The position numbers and the translations under genes were made by a program. From assembly GCA_903851195.1 (NCBI GenBank), contig CAINNJ010000027.1:38744-102743 (forward strand): a stretch of DNA of 64,000 bases, given 5' to 3'. Positions 47,048 to 55,113 of this stretch are shown here, piece after piece. The number at the start of each line of letters is the position of its first letter. Within the stretch, counting starts at the first letter, position 1. The notes beneath the pieces are model-generated. The model saw only the letters and a program-made list of their open reading frames with translations, was not told the DNA's origin and searched no databases. The DNA is from an uncultured Acidobacteriia bacterium (GTDB taxonomy: Bacteria; Acidobacteriota; Terriglobia; Bryobacterales; Bryobacteraceae).

Positions 47048-47134
47048 GGGGTATGACTCAGGTGTTCGTTTCGCAACAGTTCGGGAAGAGAAAAAGCGCG
47101 ACAGGGCTTATCATAATGAGCGACTCACACTCTT

Positions 47135-47740
47135 ATGACACCTGCTCCCGCCCGTAGTATCGATCAGCCGGCAAACTGCCAAACCCTGACCCTGACCGGG
47201 AATATGGGCGTTATTCTGCTGGACGGCGAAGGGCGAATCATCGCGGAAAATAAGCGCGCCCGAAACATGCTCCTGACCGAGGCAAACTTTATCCGGCTCA
47301 ATGGAATGCTGAGCGCGATCAATGGCTATGCCACTGAACTCAAAGAGCGAATTGACCGGGTGCTTCGCCAGCAAAACAGCGTTCGCGAATTCATTTTGAT
47401 GAATTCGCACTCCGACCGTCTGCCGATAGCGCTCACCGTGCAATGTTATCGGTATGGCCGTGCCGCTGTCGCGATTGTAATCGCCGATCCCAATCAGGAC
47501 TATATGCCCGACGTCGAACTTCTGAGGACTCTTTACGGGCTGACCTCGGCGGAAATCCGCGTCGCCAGCGCGCTCGCCGGCTGCCGGAGTATCGCGGAGA
47601 CCGCGGCGGCGCAGAAGATGGCGCTTCACACCGTGCGCACCCATCTGAAAAGCCTCTTCCAGAAGACCGGCTGTCATCGCCAGTCGGAGCTGGTTGCGCT
47701 GCTTCTGAATACTCCGGCTCAGCCCGAAATTCTACTCTGA
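47135..47740 (+). CDS. LuxR-family transcriptional regulator (N-terminal sensor-like domain plus GerE HTH)
   Basis: 201 aa; C-terminal LYGLTSAEIRVASALAGCRSIAETAAAQKMALHTVRTHLKSLFQKTG. Confidence 0.85.
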   Translation: MTPAPARSIDQPANCQTLTLTGNMGVILLDGEGRIIAENKRARNMLLTEANFIRLNGMLSAINGYATELKERIDRVLRQQNSVREFILMNSHSDRLPIALTVQCYRYGRAAVAIVIADPNQDYMPDVELLRTLYGLTSAEIRVASALAGCRSIAETAAAQKMALHTVRTHLKSLFQKTGCHRQSELVALLLNTPAQPEILL

Positions 47741-47811
47741 ACAGTATCCGACCGCGGAGCGTGCCTCGCTGGTACACGAGTGGCGCTTTCGCGAACGGAT
47801 ACCTTCAGCGC

Positions 47812-48492
47812 TTATTTCATCCACTCAGTGATCGCCTTCTGGTGTAATACGATACTTGTCCTCGAATAGCTGACAAATCCAAACCGGCGAAAATTCGTCA
47901 TTAACCGGCTCACCTGTTCGCGTCTGGTGCCGGCATACTGAGCGAGAAAGCTGTGCGTAAAAGGAAGCATCTGCACGGAGCCATCATCGGTTTCACGGCC
48001 GAACCGCTGCGCCAGATTCAGCAGTGCCTGCGCCAGCCGGTGGGCAATGTCGTCCATCGCCAGACTGGCGATACGGCCGACTCGTTCCTCCAGCCGCTGC
48101 ACGAAGATCTGAATGAGGGCCGCGCCCAAATCCGGGCGGCTGGTAGCCCTGTCCTGAATTTCCGCGGCGGTCCACATCATGATCTTGGTCTTTTCCAGCG
48201 CGACCGCTTCCTCCGACCCCGGGGGACCCAGCAAAGAGGATTCGCCAAAAAACTCATCGGGCTGATAAATCGAGACAATGACGCACCGGCCTCCCTCCGC
48301 GGGCCGGCAGATCTTCACCTTACCTGCGATGATCAGGTAAAGGCATGTAGAAGGCGATTCCGGGCTGTAGATGGTCTCGCCCTTGCGAAACTCAAGTATT
48401 GTCGACCAAGGCAGAAAATCGCGCGGATCCTCGCGTCTCTTGCCGATGGCCGGTGCTGCAACTGAACTCATAAGGCTCCCCTTTCCGAACAT
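47812..48492 (-). CDS. Crp/Fnr family transcriptional regulator
   Basis: 226 aa; cNMP-binding-like barrel (..FFGESSLL..) and C-terminal HTH (..LAQYAGTRREQVSRLMTNFRRFG..). Confidence 0.88.
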   Translation of the reverse strand: MFGKGSLMSSVAAPAIGKRREDPRDFLPWSTILEFRKGETIYSPESPSTCLYLIIAGKVKICRPAEGGRCVIVSIYQPDEFFGESSLLGPPGSEEAVALEKTKIMMWTAAEIQDRATSRPDLGAALIQIFVQRLEERVGRIASLAMDDIAHRLAQALLNLAQRFGRETDDGSVQMLPFTHSFLAQYAGTRREQVSRLMTNFRRFGFVSYSRTSIVLHQKAITEWMK

Positions 48493-48538
48493 TCAATTTG
48501 GATTACACGGGCGGCGATGCGCCAGGATGCTTTTTGTT

Positions 48539-49189
48539 TCATTTGAATGGACTCTCGCTGTTCAGGAGTTTTCCGACAATACCCGCGCGTGTCGTTACGT
48601 CCAGCTTGCGCATGATCAGATTGAGATAAGTCTTCACCGTATTCGGACTGATGTTCATACGCTCCGCAAGCTCTTTGCTGGTCAGTCCGGTGGAAATCCC
48701 CGCCAGTACTTCCTCTTCGCGGGGAGTCAGCCCGTATAGCTCGGAGAAGCTGCGGATCGCGTCCGCCGCGGAACTGATTCGCCGAAAATGAAGCGTCAGG
48801 ACCGGGCCCCCCAGAGCCCGGCTGCGCGGTTCCATGAAACAGGCGCGGCAACGGTATTGTTGCCGTTGTCCCTGCACCTGGATGCGAACCTGGCCCGCGT
48901 TGCGAAGGTCGCGCTTCTGCAGCGCAAGAATGAGATCGCGCGGGATCACGGCCGCCCCGTCTTCCTCACGATGCCGGTTGAGGTCGGTGAGAATCGCGGC
49001 GGCTCCATGATCCATCGCCAAAGGGCTGTACGACATATCCACCACGACGATGCCTTCCTCGAGCGTGATGGTCTGGGAGTTTCTCCGGAAAACCGGCTGC
49101 AGCGCGGGTAAACTGCCGGACCCCAGACGTTCCTCACTGCCGCCAATCCATGGTGTATTCGTCACGGACATGCTTGAACTCCTTTCCAC
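48539..49189 (-). CDS. LuxR-family transcriptional regulator
   Basis: 216 aa; LYGLTPREEEVLAGISTGLTSKELAERMNISPNTVKTYLNLIMRKL. Confidence 0.85.
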   Translation of the reverse strand: MERSSSMSVTNTPWIGGSEERLGSGSLPALQPVFRRNSQTITLEEGIVVVDMSYSPLAMDHGAAAILTDLNRHREEDGAAVIPRDLILALQKRDLRNAGQVRIQVQGQRQQYRCRACFMEPRSRALGGPVLTLHFRRISSAADAIRSFSELYGLTPREEEVLAGISTGLTSKELAERMNISPNTVKTYLNLIMRKLDVTTRAGIVGKLLNSESPFK

Positions 49190-49210
49190 GACAAGCGGGA
49201 ATATTCGGGA

Positions 49211-51700
49211 TCAGGGAACATATTGATAAATGAACGTGCCCCAGTTAGCCAACTGCGTTCGGGGCGTGTTCGGGATATACTCGGCAACCATCCAGATGCT
49301 GCCGTCCGCACTGGCCACCGCGGTGGAATAATCGCCCCAGCGCGCAACAGGCGCCGTGGCGGACGGGAAGTATCCGCTGAATCCGTCCTCGGGGCCCGCA
49401 CCCGCGCCGCGAATCGCGACATTTACCGGTAATGTCGCGAAATCGACAGTTGAAAACGCGGCGCTGGGGTAGTAGTCGGGACCGACCAGTGTAAATGCGA
49501 TCGAGCCGCGGCCCTGTGAGTTCACCGCAATTGCGGGGCGCAGAAGGTGATTGTTCCGGACGGACAGAAAGCCCTGCGTCAACACCGTGGCGCTCAGCAC
49601 GGAACTCCGGAAAACAGGCGATAGGACGACAATCAACCCGCCCACTACACTGTTGCCCTGATCGTCGATGACCTCGGTGGGAAGCGAAACGAAAAGCCGC
49701 CCTCCTGAGTAAGAGACGGACTGAACTCGCGAGTCCTGATTGCCGTCGATGAAGGAGAGGCCCTGAGAGAGAGAGTCGCCATAGGGAATCGGTCCGGGCT
49801 TCTGATTTGCGATACCTGGATAGATATACGATTTCGTCGCCACGGTGGATTGAGTCAGCACCAAAGCGGGGTTCGCGCCGTCGAGGGAGGCGGTATTCGT
49901 AAGCGCCCAGATACCCAGCCGGTTGTCCACCGCAAAGAACGCCTGACTGCTGACGAAGTACTCCAGTCCGCCGTTGGAAATCACATTGCTGGCGCCAGGA
50001 GCCGTGGTGGCCGGCTGGATGGAAAATTCATAACCGGTCGAAAGAGGTATCAGAAAGCGATAGGTCGGGGGAGCAACCGCGCCCTGGCCCAGAGACTTTT
50101 TGGAAATGGCGAGAATCGCCGCATCGATGAGCACCGGCGAATCGGTCGAATATTCATTCGCGCTGATATAAAAGCCGTAGCGGTCCGATCCGATCTGCGG
50201 AAAATCGCTCACGCAGGGACACCCGGGGTTCGCCGCATTTGTCGTATCCATCACGTAAATATTCCAGGTTCCGAGAGGATCCGCCGTCTGCGTTACGGCC
50301 ATATAAATATGAGAGTGGCTGGTGGGAATTCCGGCCGAGTCGACATCGAGCACTCGCTGCAACACGAACCAGCGGGCGATATCTCCGTCGTAATAAACCC
50401 GCATGTCCGTCGGGAACACACCGTAGATCCCGGTGGCACGGTCGATGGCGGGGGCAACCCCGAACAGTTCATTGCTGCTGATGGTGCGGATCAACCGGCT
50501 GCCGGATTGTGAGAACACCTGCACCGCATTGTTCACGCCTTCGAGAATCAGCCCGTTGGCTACCGCTATGGACGGGTTGGGTGGTTCCACGCTGAACTGG
50601 TTGCCGGAGTTTGCGTTGCGCTGATCCGCATGACTGAGTCCGGGAAAGCCGATACCGCCCGATGTGGGTAAGATCGGAAGCGAAGTATTCGCGGCGGCTG
50701 CTCTGGCGGCGAACGCGGTGAAACCCGAGAGCCTGGGCTGCGCGGCTGCGGCCAGTCCCGATCGGAGAAGTTCCGGGTGTGGATACGATAACGGCGTTGT
50801 GGCCACTTCGAGTCCGGCCGCCGCCGCGAGTGGCGCGCCGACCTGGGAGGCAGAACGCCGCGCGGTTAACGACGGCGCGAGTGCAGCCTGCGCCGCCGGA
50901 GTTGCAGCCTGAGGGGTTGTTGTCCGCACCAGAGTAAGTTGCCCGGTCACACTCGCCGGTATGTAATGTCCTTGTGTTGTTACCTGGCCGAATGCCGAGG
51001 CGCCGGCAAGCACGGCCGCCCAGGTTGCCGCGATAGCCACCGGTCTGCGACGCCGAGCTGTCGACGAAAGTCCGGCAACCAGCAGCAATCCCGACAAGAA
51101 GAGGCCGAAACCTCCTGGCTCAGGTACTGAAGATACGGTTGTAAGCTGAGCCGTGACGCTGAGAACTCCGGGTTCTCCCATGTTGTCGGCCGTATCCACA
51201 AACCACCCGTAAGTGTCACCCGGCGAGACGGAAAAGCTCGCCATGCCGGAGTCTCCGGTCGTGTCGGAAAGAAGAACTCTCGAGCTGCGCAAGATATAGC
51301 CCGCGTCGTCGAAGCCGGGCATGTCGAGCGACTGATAAGACCAGCCGAAAGTAATCAGGCCCGGCGCGAGGGCAGTAGAGCTATAGGTCGTCATGCCCGA
51401 AAGGCCGCTTCCTGTATTTCCCCCGGTTAAGACAAGTGAAGTTCCGTCCGAAGAAACAGAAAACGTGCCGTCCGCATTGCTGTTCGACAATTGAAAAATG
51501 CCGGGTGGTGTGTTGAAGAGTCCAGCTGCCCGCGCCTGCTGAGTGGCCCCGAAGGCGACCAGCAGCGGCGAGAGTAAGATGGGCGACAGCCGATTTGACA
51601 TGCGCCGCAAGCGTGAACTGCCGACCCGCTGCGTGAGTCTGTTAAATACCTGCACGTTTCCTCCTGAGACCAAGTGTGTGAACGCGTCCGATTGCGTCAC
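49211..51700 (-). CDS. secreted hypothetical protein: ~190-aa PEP-CTERM protein fused in frame to a ~610-aa uncharacterised domain
   Basis: 829-aa ORF (GTG 51700; alternative ATG 51601 giving MSNRLSPILLSPLLVAFGATQQARA). Internal VPEPGGFGLFLSGLLLVAGLSSTARRRR at aa 192-219 (51044..51127), followed by the signal-like VAIAATWAAVLAGASAFGQ. Confidence 0.75.
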   Translation of the reverse strand: MTQSDAFTHLVSGGNVQVFNRLTQRVGSSRLRRMSNRLSPILLSPLLVAFGATQQARAAGLFNTPPGIFQLSNSNADGTFSVSSDGTSLVLTGGNTGSGLSGMTTYSSTALAPGLITFGWSYQSLDMPGFDDAGYILRSSRVLLSDTTGDSGMASFSVSPGDTYGWFVDTADNMGEPGVLSVTAQLTTVSSVPEPGGFGLFLSGLLLVAGLSSTARRRRPVAIAATWAAVLAGASAFGQVTTQGHYIPASVTGQLTLVRTTTPQAATPAAQAALAPSLTARRSASQVGAPLAAAAGLEVATTPLSYPHPELLRSGLAAAAQPRLSGFTAFAARAAAANTSLPILPTSGGIGFPGLSHADQRNANSGNQFSVEPPNPSIAVANGLILEGVNNAVQVFSQSGSRLIRTISSNELFGVAPAIDRATGIYGVFPTDMRVYYDGDIARWFVLQRVLDVDSAGIPTSHSHIYMAVTQTADPLGTWNIYVMDTTNAANPGCPCVSDFPQIGSDRYGFYISANEYSTDSPVLIDAAILAISKKSLGQGAVAPPTYRFLIPLSTGYEFSIQPATTAPGASNVISNGGLEYFVSSQAFFAVDNRLGIWALTNTASLDGANPALVLTQSTVATKSYIYPGIANQKPGPIPYGDSLSQGLSFIDGNQDSRVQSVSYSGGRLFVSLPTEVIDDQGNSVVGGLIVVLSPVFRSSVLSATVLTQGFLSVRNNHLLRPAIAVNSQGRGSIAFTLVGPDYYPSAAFSTVDFATLPVNVAIRGAGAGPEDGFSGYFPSATAPVARWGDYSTAVASADGSIWMVAEYIPNTPRTQLANWGTFIYQYVP

Positions 51701-51848
51701 CTGTCCGTTTACCCGCGAAGTTCAGCCCCGCTTCCGCAAATCCATCACGAGGCCGCTCTGACGGTCATTCGCCATAGCAAGGAATCATTGCTTCCGATCA
51801 ATGACTCTGTGCAGTGCCACTATCAAACGACGTCCGGCAGAAAGTACG

Positions 51849-51877
51849 ACTGTAGGCTGCAGGGGCGGTGCTGTCAA
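51849..51877 (-). promoter_or_regulatory. sigma-70-type promoter TTGACA-N17-TACAGT (copy A) facing the 829-aa ORF/LuxR/Crp block
   Basis: Minus strand: TTGACA (51877-51872), 17-nt spacer, TACAGT (51854-51849). Part of a 46-nt element repeated at 53834..53880. Confidence 0.6.
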
Positions 51878-52078
51878 GATGCGTTTGACGGCCGAAGCTA
51901 CTGCGATTTGTGCACAAAGCGATGACAAAGCGTGCCGCCGCCGCAGCGCAAAGCGTGAGCGGAAGTTCGAATTGAAGCGGATAACTGCTTTTCCTGCAGT
52001 GTCTTCCTGTCGTCAACAGGAAGCAGCGGGTCCCGTCTAAAAACCTGAGCGAAGTGAATAGGACAGAGTAAGCGATCG

Positions 52079-52106
52079 TTGACATCGATGTAATTGACGA
52101 TACAGC
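52079..52106 (+). promoter_or_regulatory. candidate sigma-70-type promoter TTGACA-N16-TACAGC facing the Crp/Fnr gene at 52591
   Basis: Hexamers at 52079-84 and 52101-06. Would give a ~480-nt leader. Confidence 0.35.
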
Positions 52107-52590
52107 CATGAGAAATGCCGGTACCACCCGTACTGTAGTTATTGGGGGTTTCAGCCGATACGGGTCACACCGAACAGAACGAACCGGCGGCGCCTGATGT
52201 GACTGGTTTAACAAACGGAGCGAGAGTAAGCAGGTCCTCTCGCCAGGCAGTTCGAAAAGAATCTCTTCTTACATCCCACTGGTTCCACACAGTGATATTT
52301 AGTAGGGAATATATACCTTTTTAACCTTTTGGGTGATTCTGACAGTGCGCCAAAATGATACACTCGCCTCTAAAGCGCGAAGCCAAAAGGCTTTAGAACT
52401 TACAGGTCAGACTTGACTTCGCCTTGGTGTCTTCCCGTTGTGCGGCCTCGGGGAAAGGTGCGGTTCCCAATGGGGGTAAGTCCCGATAGTAGTTGTTCCC
52501 GAGGGTGGTGACCCCCGGATGTGGCATTGCATACAGGGCAAAACCGGAGCGGCTCCGTTAGGTCGCAATCTCAGGGTTGGTGGATAACTT

Positions 52591-53310
52591 ATGGACGTTG
52601 ATCCCGGCTTTAAAAGCAGACTTTCCATGGAACCTTACGGCGCGGCGCCGGCGCCGCAGGTCGCGCGCGAGGATCCTCTTTGTCACCTTCCCTGCGGCAA
52701 GCTCCTTGAGTTTCGGAAGGCGCAGACGATCTACGGTGCGGAAACCGCCCCGGAGATGCTGTACCTGATTCTCGAAGGCAAGGTAAAGGTGCTGCGGCTG
52801 CAGTACGAGCGAAATCCCGTGCTCGTCGATATTTACCAGACGGACGATTTTTTCGGCGAAGCCGCCTTTCTCCGGCGCGCCGCACATGCCGAAGCCGCGG
52901 TCGCGATCGAAAACAGCAGGGTCATGGCGTGGAGCATCCTCGAGATTGAGTCCATTCTGATCCGCAGGCCGATGCTCGGAATCGCCCTCATGCAGCTGTT
53001 CGTGAAGCGGTCCATGGACTTCGGCGGGCGCATCGAAAGCCTTTCGGTGGACTCTATTCCGCGGCGCCTGGCTCGATCGCTGATCCATCTTTCAGAGCGG
53101 CTGGGGCACGAAGCTCCGGACGGCTCCACGGAGATGATCCCGATCACCCACGAGTTGCTCTCGCAATACGTCGGAACATCCCGGGAGATCATCACGCAAC
53201 ACATGAATCGCTTCCGTAGGATGGGGTATCTTCGTTACTCCAGGCGGGGTATCCTGCTTGATCGATCCGCGTGGGAAACCTGGCTCCGCGAAGCGCCGAA
53301 AGCATCCTGA
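52591..53310 (+). CDS. Crp/Fnr family transcriptional regulator (paralog of 47812..48492)
   Basis: 239 aa, alignable along its whole length with the other Crp ORF (..LEFRK..TIY......LYLI..GKVK..., ..DFFGE.., ..LSQYVGTSREIITQHMNRFRRMG..). Start codon uncertain. Confidence 0.85.
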   Translation: MDVDPGFKSRLSMEPYGAAPAPQVAREDPLCHLPCGKLLEFRKAQTIYGAETAPEMLYLILEGKVKVLRLQYERNPVLVDIYQTDDFFGEAAFLRRAAHAEAAVAIENSRVMAWSILEIESILIRRPMLGIALMQLFVKRSMDFGGRIESLSVDSIPRRLARSLIHLSERLGHEAPDGSTEMIPITHELLSQYVGTSREIITQHMNRFRRMGYLRYSRRGILLDRSAWETWLREAPKAS

Positions 53311-53335
53311 GACTGTCCGGTCCAGATCTGGACGG

Positions 53336-53365
53336 GGAGACCGGCGCCGCCTGGCACCGGTCTCC
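53336..53365. terminator. hairpin between convergent Crp and RHH genes (possible bidirectional terminator)
   Basis: GGAGACCGG-12 nt-CCGGTCTCC, a 9-bp stem with no clear U-tract. Confidence 0.35.
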
Positions 53366-53385
53366 CTGCTGGTTTCCGTTCCCGC

Positions 53386-53688
53386 CTAACCCGCCGCGAC
53401 CCCGAGCACTTCCCGAATACGACGCCGCGTATCTTCGAGCGCCTGATCGAGCCGCCTGAGTTCGCGACTCAGCGTGATCAGATCGCCGGTCAGCGTACTG
53501 TCCTTTGAGTCGAGGAATTGCACCTGCTGCAATACCGCCTTCCTCGCGAAGTCCGACATACTCCGCGCGCCGGAACGCGCGCAAGCGTCGGCAAACTTCT
53601 CATATTCATCGGCGAAAACTCGAAAGGTCACGGGTCGGGACAGTCGCTTCATCAAAATGTCATCCAGGCGCGGCCGAAGCCACATCAC
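53386..53688 (-). CDS. ribbon-helix-helix (CopG/MobC-like) DNA-binding protein
   Basis: 100 aa; ..RPVTFRVFADEYEKFADACARSGARSMSDFARKAVL.. RHH pattern followed by a coiled-coil tail. Confidence 0.6.
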   Translation of the reverse strand: MMWLRPRLDDILMKRLSRPVTFRVFADEYEKFADACARSGARSMSDFARKAVLQQVQFLDSKDSTLTGDLITLSRELRRLDQALEDTRRRIREVLGVAAG

Positions 53689-53850
53689 ACCGATCCGGCG
53701 CGACGAGACTCTTACGGCCCGGCCGAAAGGCCCTCCGCGGAGCCACTTAAGCCATAAAACTCGGTGGCCATAACGCGGAATAGCCGCCCGGCAGAGTCCG
53801 GATGGCAGATCGTGGCGCGGTCCGGCGGGGCTTTCCGGCAGTGAAATTAG

Positions 53851-53879
53851 ACTGTAGGATGCCGCTCATCGGCTGTCAA
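53851..53879 (-). promoter_or_regulatory. sigma-70-type promoter TTGACA-N17-TACAGT (copy B) facing the RHH gene
   Basis: Minus strand: TTGACA (53879-53874), 17-nt spacer, TACAGT (53856-53851). Shares flanking blocks with copy A. Confidence 0.6.
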
Positions 53880-54261
53880 GTATTAATCTATTTCCATCAG
53901 CGCCCCCGCCGCATTCACTACCCTGAACAGGTCTTGACGCGCACTTGAGCTTCACCAAAACTGAGTCAAACGACTATTCCGGTTACAGAACGGCTTCCGA
54001 GCTATGAATCTCATCGCGGCTGAAAACATTTCGCTGACAATATTGTGTTCTTGCGCATCGAAAACGTTGACCCGTGGCGTCAGGTTTTGCATGTCCGCCG
54101 AGAAACCGGGGTCCGAAAGAGTACTACCGTAGAGGCAAAAGAGTTATTGCCAGTACTCGGATGAGTAGCTGCATACCCGGTACAGTCCTAATATCTCCCC
54201 TCTTTGGGTTAGTGCAATATGGCGATTGTGAGCCAGGTGCGCCGATGTTACTGTTCATTTC

Positions 54262-54289
54262 GAGAGGAACACCAATTCCTCTCAGGAGG
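54262..54289 (+). promoter_or_regulatory. leader hairpin abutting the Shine-Dalgarno of the Cys-rich protein gene
   Basis: GAGAGGAA-CACCAA-TTCCTCTC (8-bp stem, 54262-54283) immediately followed by AGGAGG (54284-89) and GTG 54298. Confidence 0.35.
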
Positions 54290-54297
54290 TAACACTC

Positions 54298-54954
54298 GTG
54301 AAGCTTAGTAACATTCTGCTCGTGTCCATGGTTTCCGCCGTGGCCGCGTTCGCTCAAAATCCCATCACTGCTGATTCTCCGTATCAGATTCGGTACGCTT
54401 CGAACCTGACCATCGGCGACTCTGTGGTCAACATTTCAAACACCGGAGCCCGCGGTGGAGTAACGCTTCAGTCCGGCACCAGCGCCGGCGTTGGTGGTGC
54501 GATCTGCGCCAACGTCTTCGTCTTCCAGCCGGATGAAGAAGTCGTCTCCTGTTGCTCCTGCCCCGTCACGCCGAACGGCCTCGTGTCTCTCTCGGCTCAG
54601 CGGGATCTGATCAACAATCCGCTCTTCGCTCATGGCGCCCCGACGTCCATCGTGATCAAACTGGTCGCGACCGTCCCGGTTGGCGGCAGCTGCACGAACT
54701 CCGCCGCTGCTGTTAACACCGAGACTCTGGCGCCCGGCATGGTTGCGTGGGGCACCACCATCCACGCGAACAGCTCCGCTGCCGCGGGTACCTATGCGGT
54801 GACCGAAACCGCCTTCACGCCTGCGTCTCTCAGCGCGTCGGAACTGGCTCGCCTTTCCAACGTGTGCGGTTTCGCACTGGCGCAGGGCAGCGGCAACGGT
54901 GTTTGCAATTCGTGCCGTCTCACCGGACTCGGCGCGACATCGGCCGCGAAGTAA
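54298..54954 (+). CDS. secreted Cys-rich hypothetical protein
   Basis: 218 aa, signal peptide MKLSNILLVSMVSAVAAFAQ, eight Cys (incl. SCCSCP, GVCNSC). Strong RBS. I recognise no family. Confidence 0.7.
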   Translation: MKLSNILLVSMVSAVAAFAQNPITADSPYQIRYASNLTIGDSVVNISNTGARGGVTLQSGTSAGVGGAICANVFVFQPDEEVVSCCSCPVTPNGLVSLSAQRDLINNPLFAHGAPTSIVIKLVATVPVGGSCTNSAAAVNTETLAPGMVAWGTTIHANSSAAAGTYAVTETAFTPASLSASELARLSNVCGFALAQGSGNGVCNSCRLTGLGATSAAK

Positions 54955-54968
54955 CTGGCCGAGCCTGT

Positions 54969-55039
54969 CTCCCGCTCCGCGGTTCGGGAGCGGGAGCGCA
55001 TGGCCGGCGGAGTGGGGTAAAGAACTGCGTTTACCCCAC
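54969..55039 (+). terminator. two consecutive 10-bp-stem hairpins after the Cys-rich gene (terminator/attenuator-like, no U-tract)
   Basis: CTCCCGCTCC-8 nt-GGAGCGGGAG (54969-54996) and GTGGGGTAAA-8 nt-TTTACCCCAC (55012-55039). Confidence 0.4.
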
Positions 55040-55113
55040 TCATGAAGGCGGTACCGAAGAAAATTCCCCGGATACTCACGGGACTGGTTCGCAGATATTA
55101 CGGAGGAAACCAT

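Noticed and set aside
51849-51862. CTGTAGGAT / CTGTAGGCTGCAGG resembling a lux-box half-site (ACCTGTAGGATCGTACAGGT).
   Set aside because: Only one half-site matches, with no dyad partner. The sequence is better explained as the -10 region (TACAGT) of the duplicated promoter, and the neighbouring LuxR-family proteins lack an obvious autoinducer-binding domain.
52540-52590. Possible GEMM-I (c-di-GMP) riboswitch, because of ACAGGGCAAAACC followed by a hairpin and a ..TCGCAA.. segment.
   Set aside because: Only the first conserved block matches. There is no GNRA tetraloop/receptor pair, and only ~25 nt remain before the ATG, too little for the second helix. Kept only as a note in the leader finding; it needs cmscan.
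53386-53688. RHH protein as a MobC-type relaxosome component marking a mobile element.
   Set aside because: No relaxase, integrase, transposase, oriT-like repeat or flanking direct repeats are visible. The tRNA genes at 37.9 and 42.2 kb have no adjacent integrase.
54037-54046. Perfect 10-bp palindrome ACAATATTGT, and TGAC-N7-GTCA (54068..54082), upstream of the Cys-rich gene.
   Set aside because: About 60 perfect 10-bp palindromes are expected by chance in 64 kb, and neither matches CRP (TGTGA-N6-TCACA) or FNR (TTGAT-N4-ATCAA) spacing.
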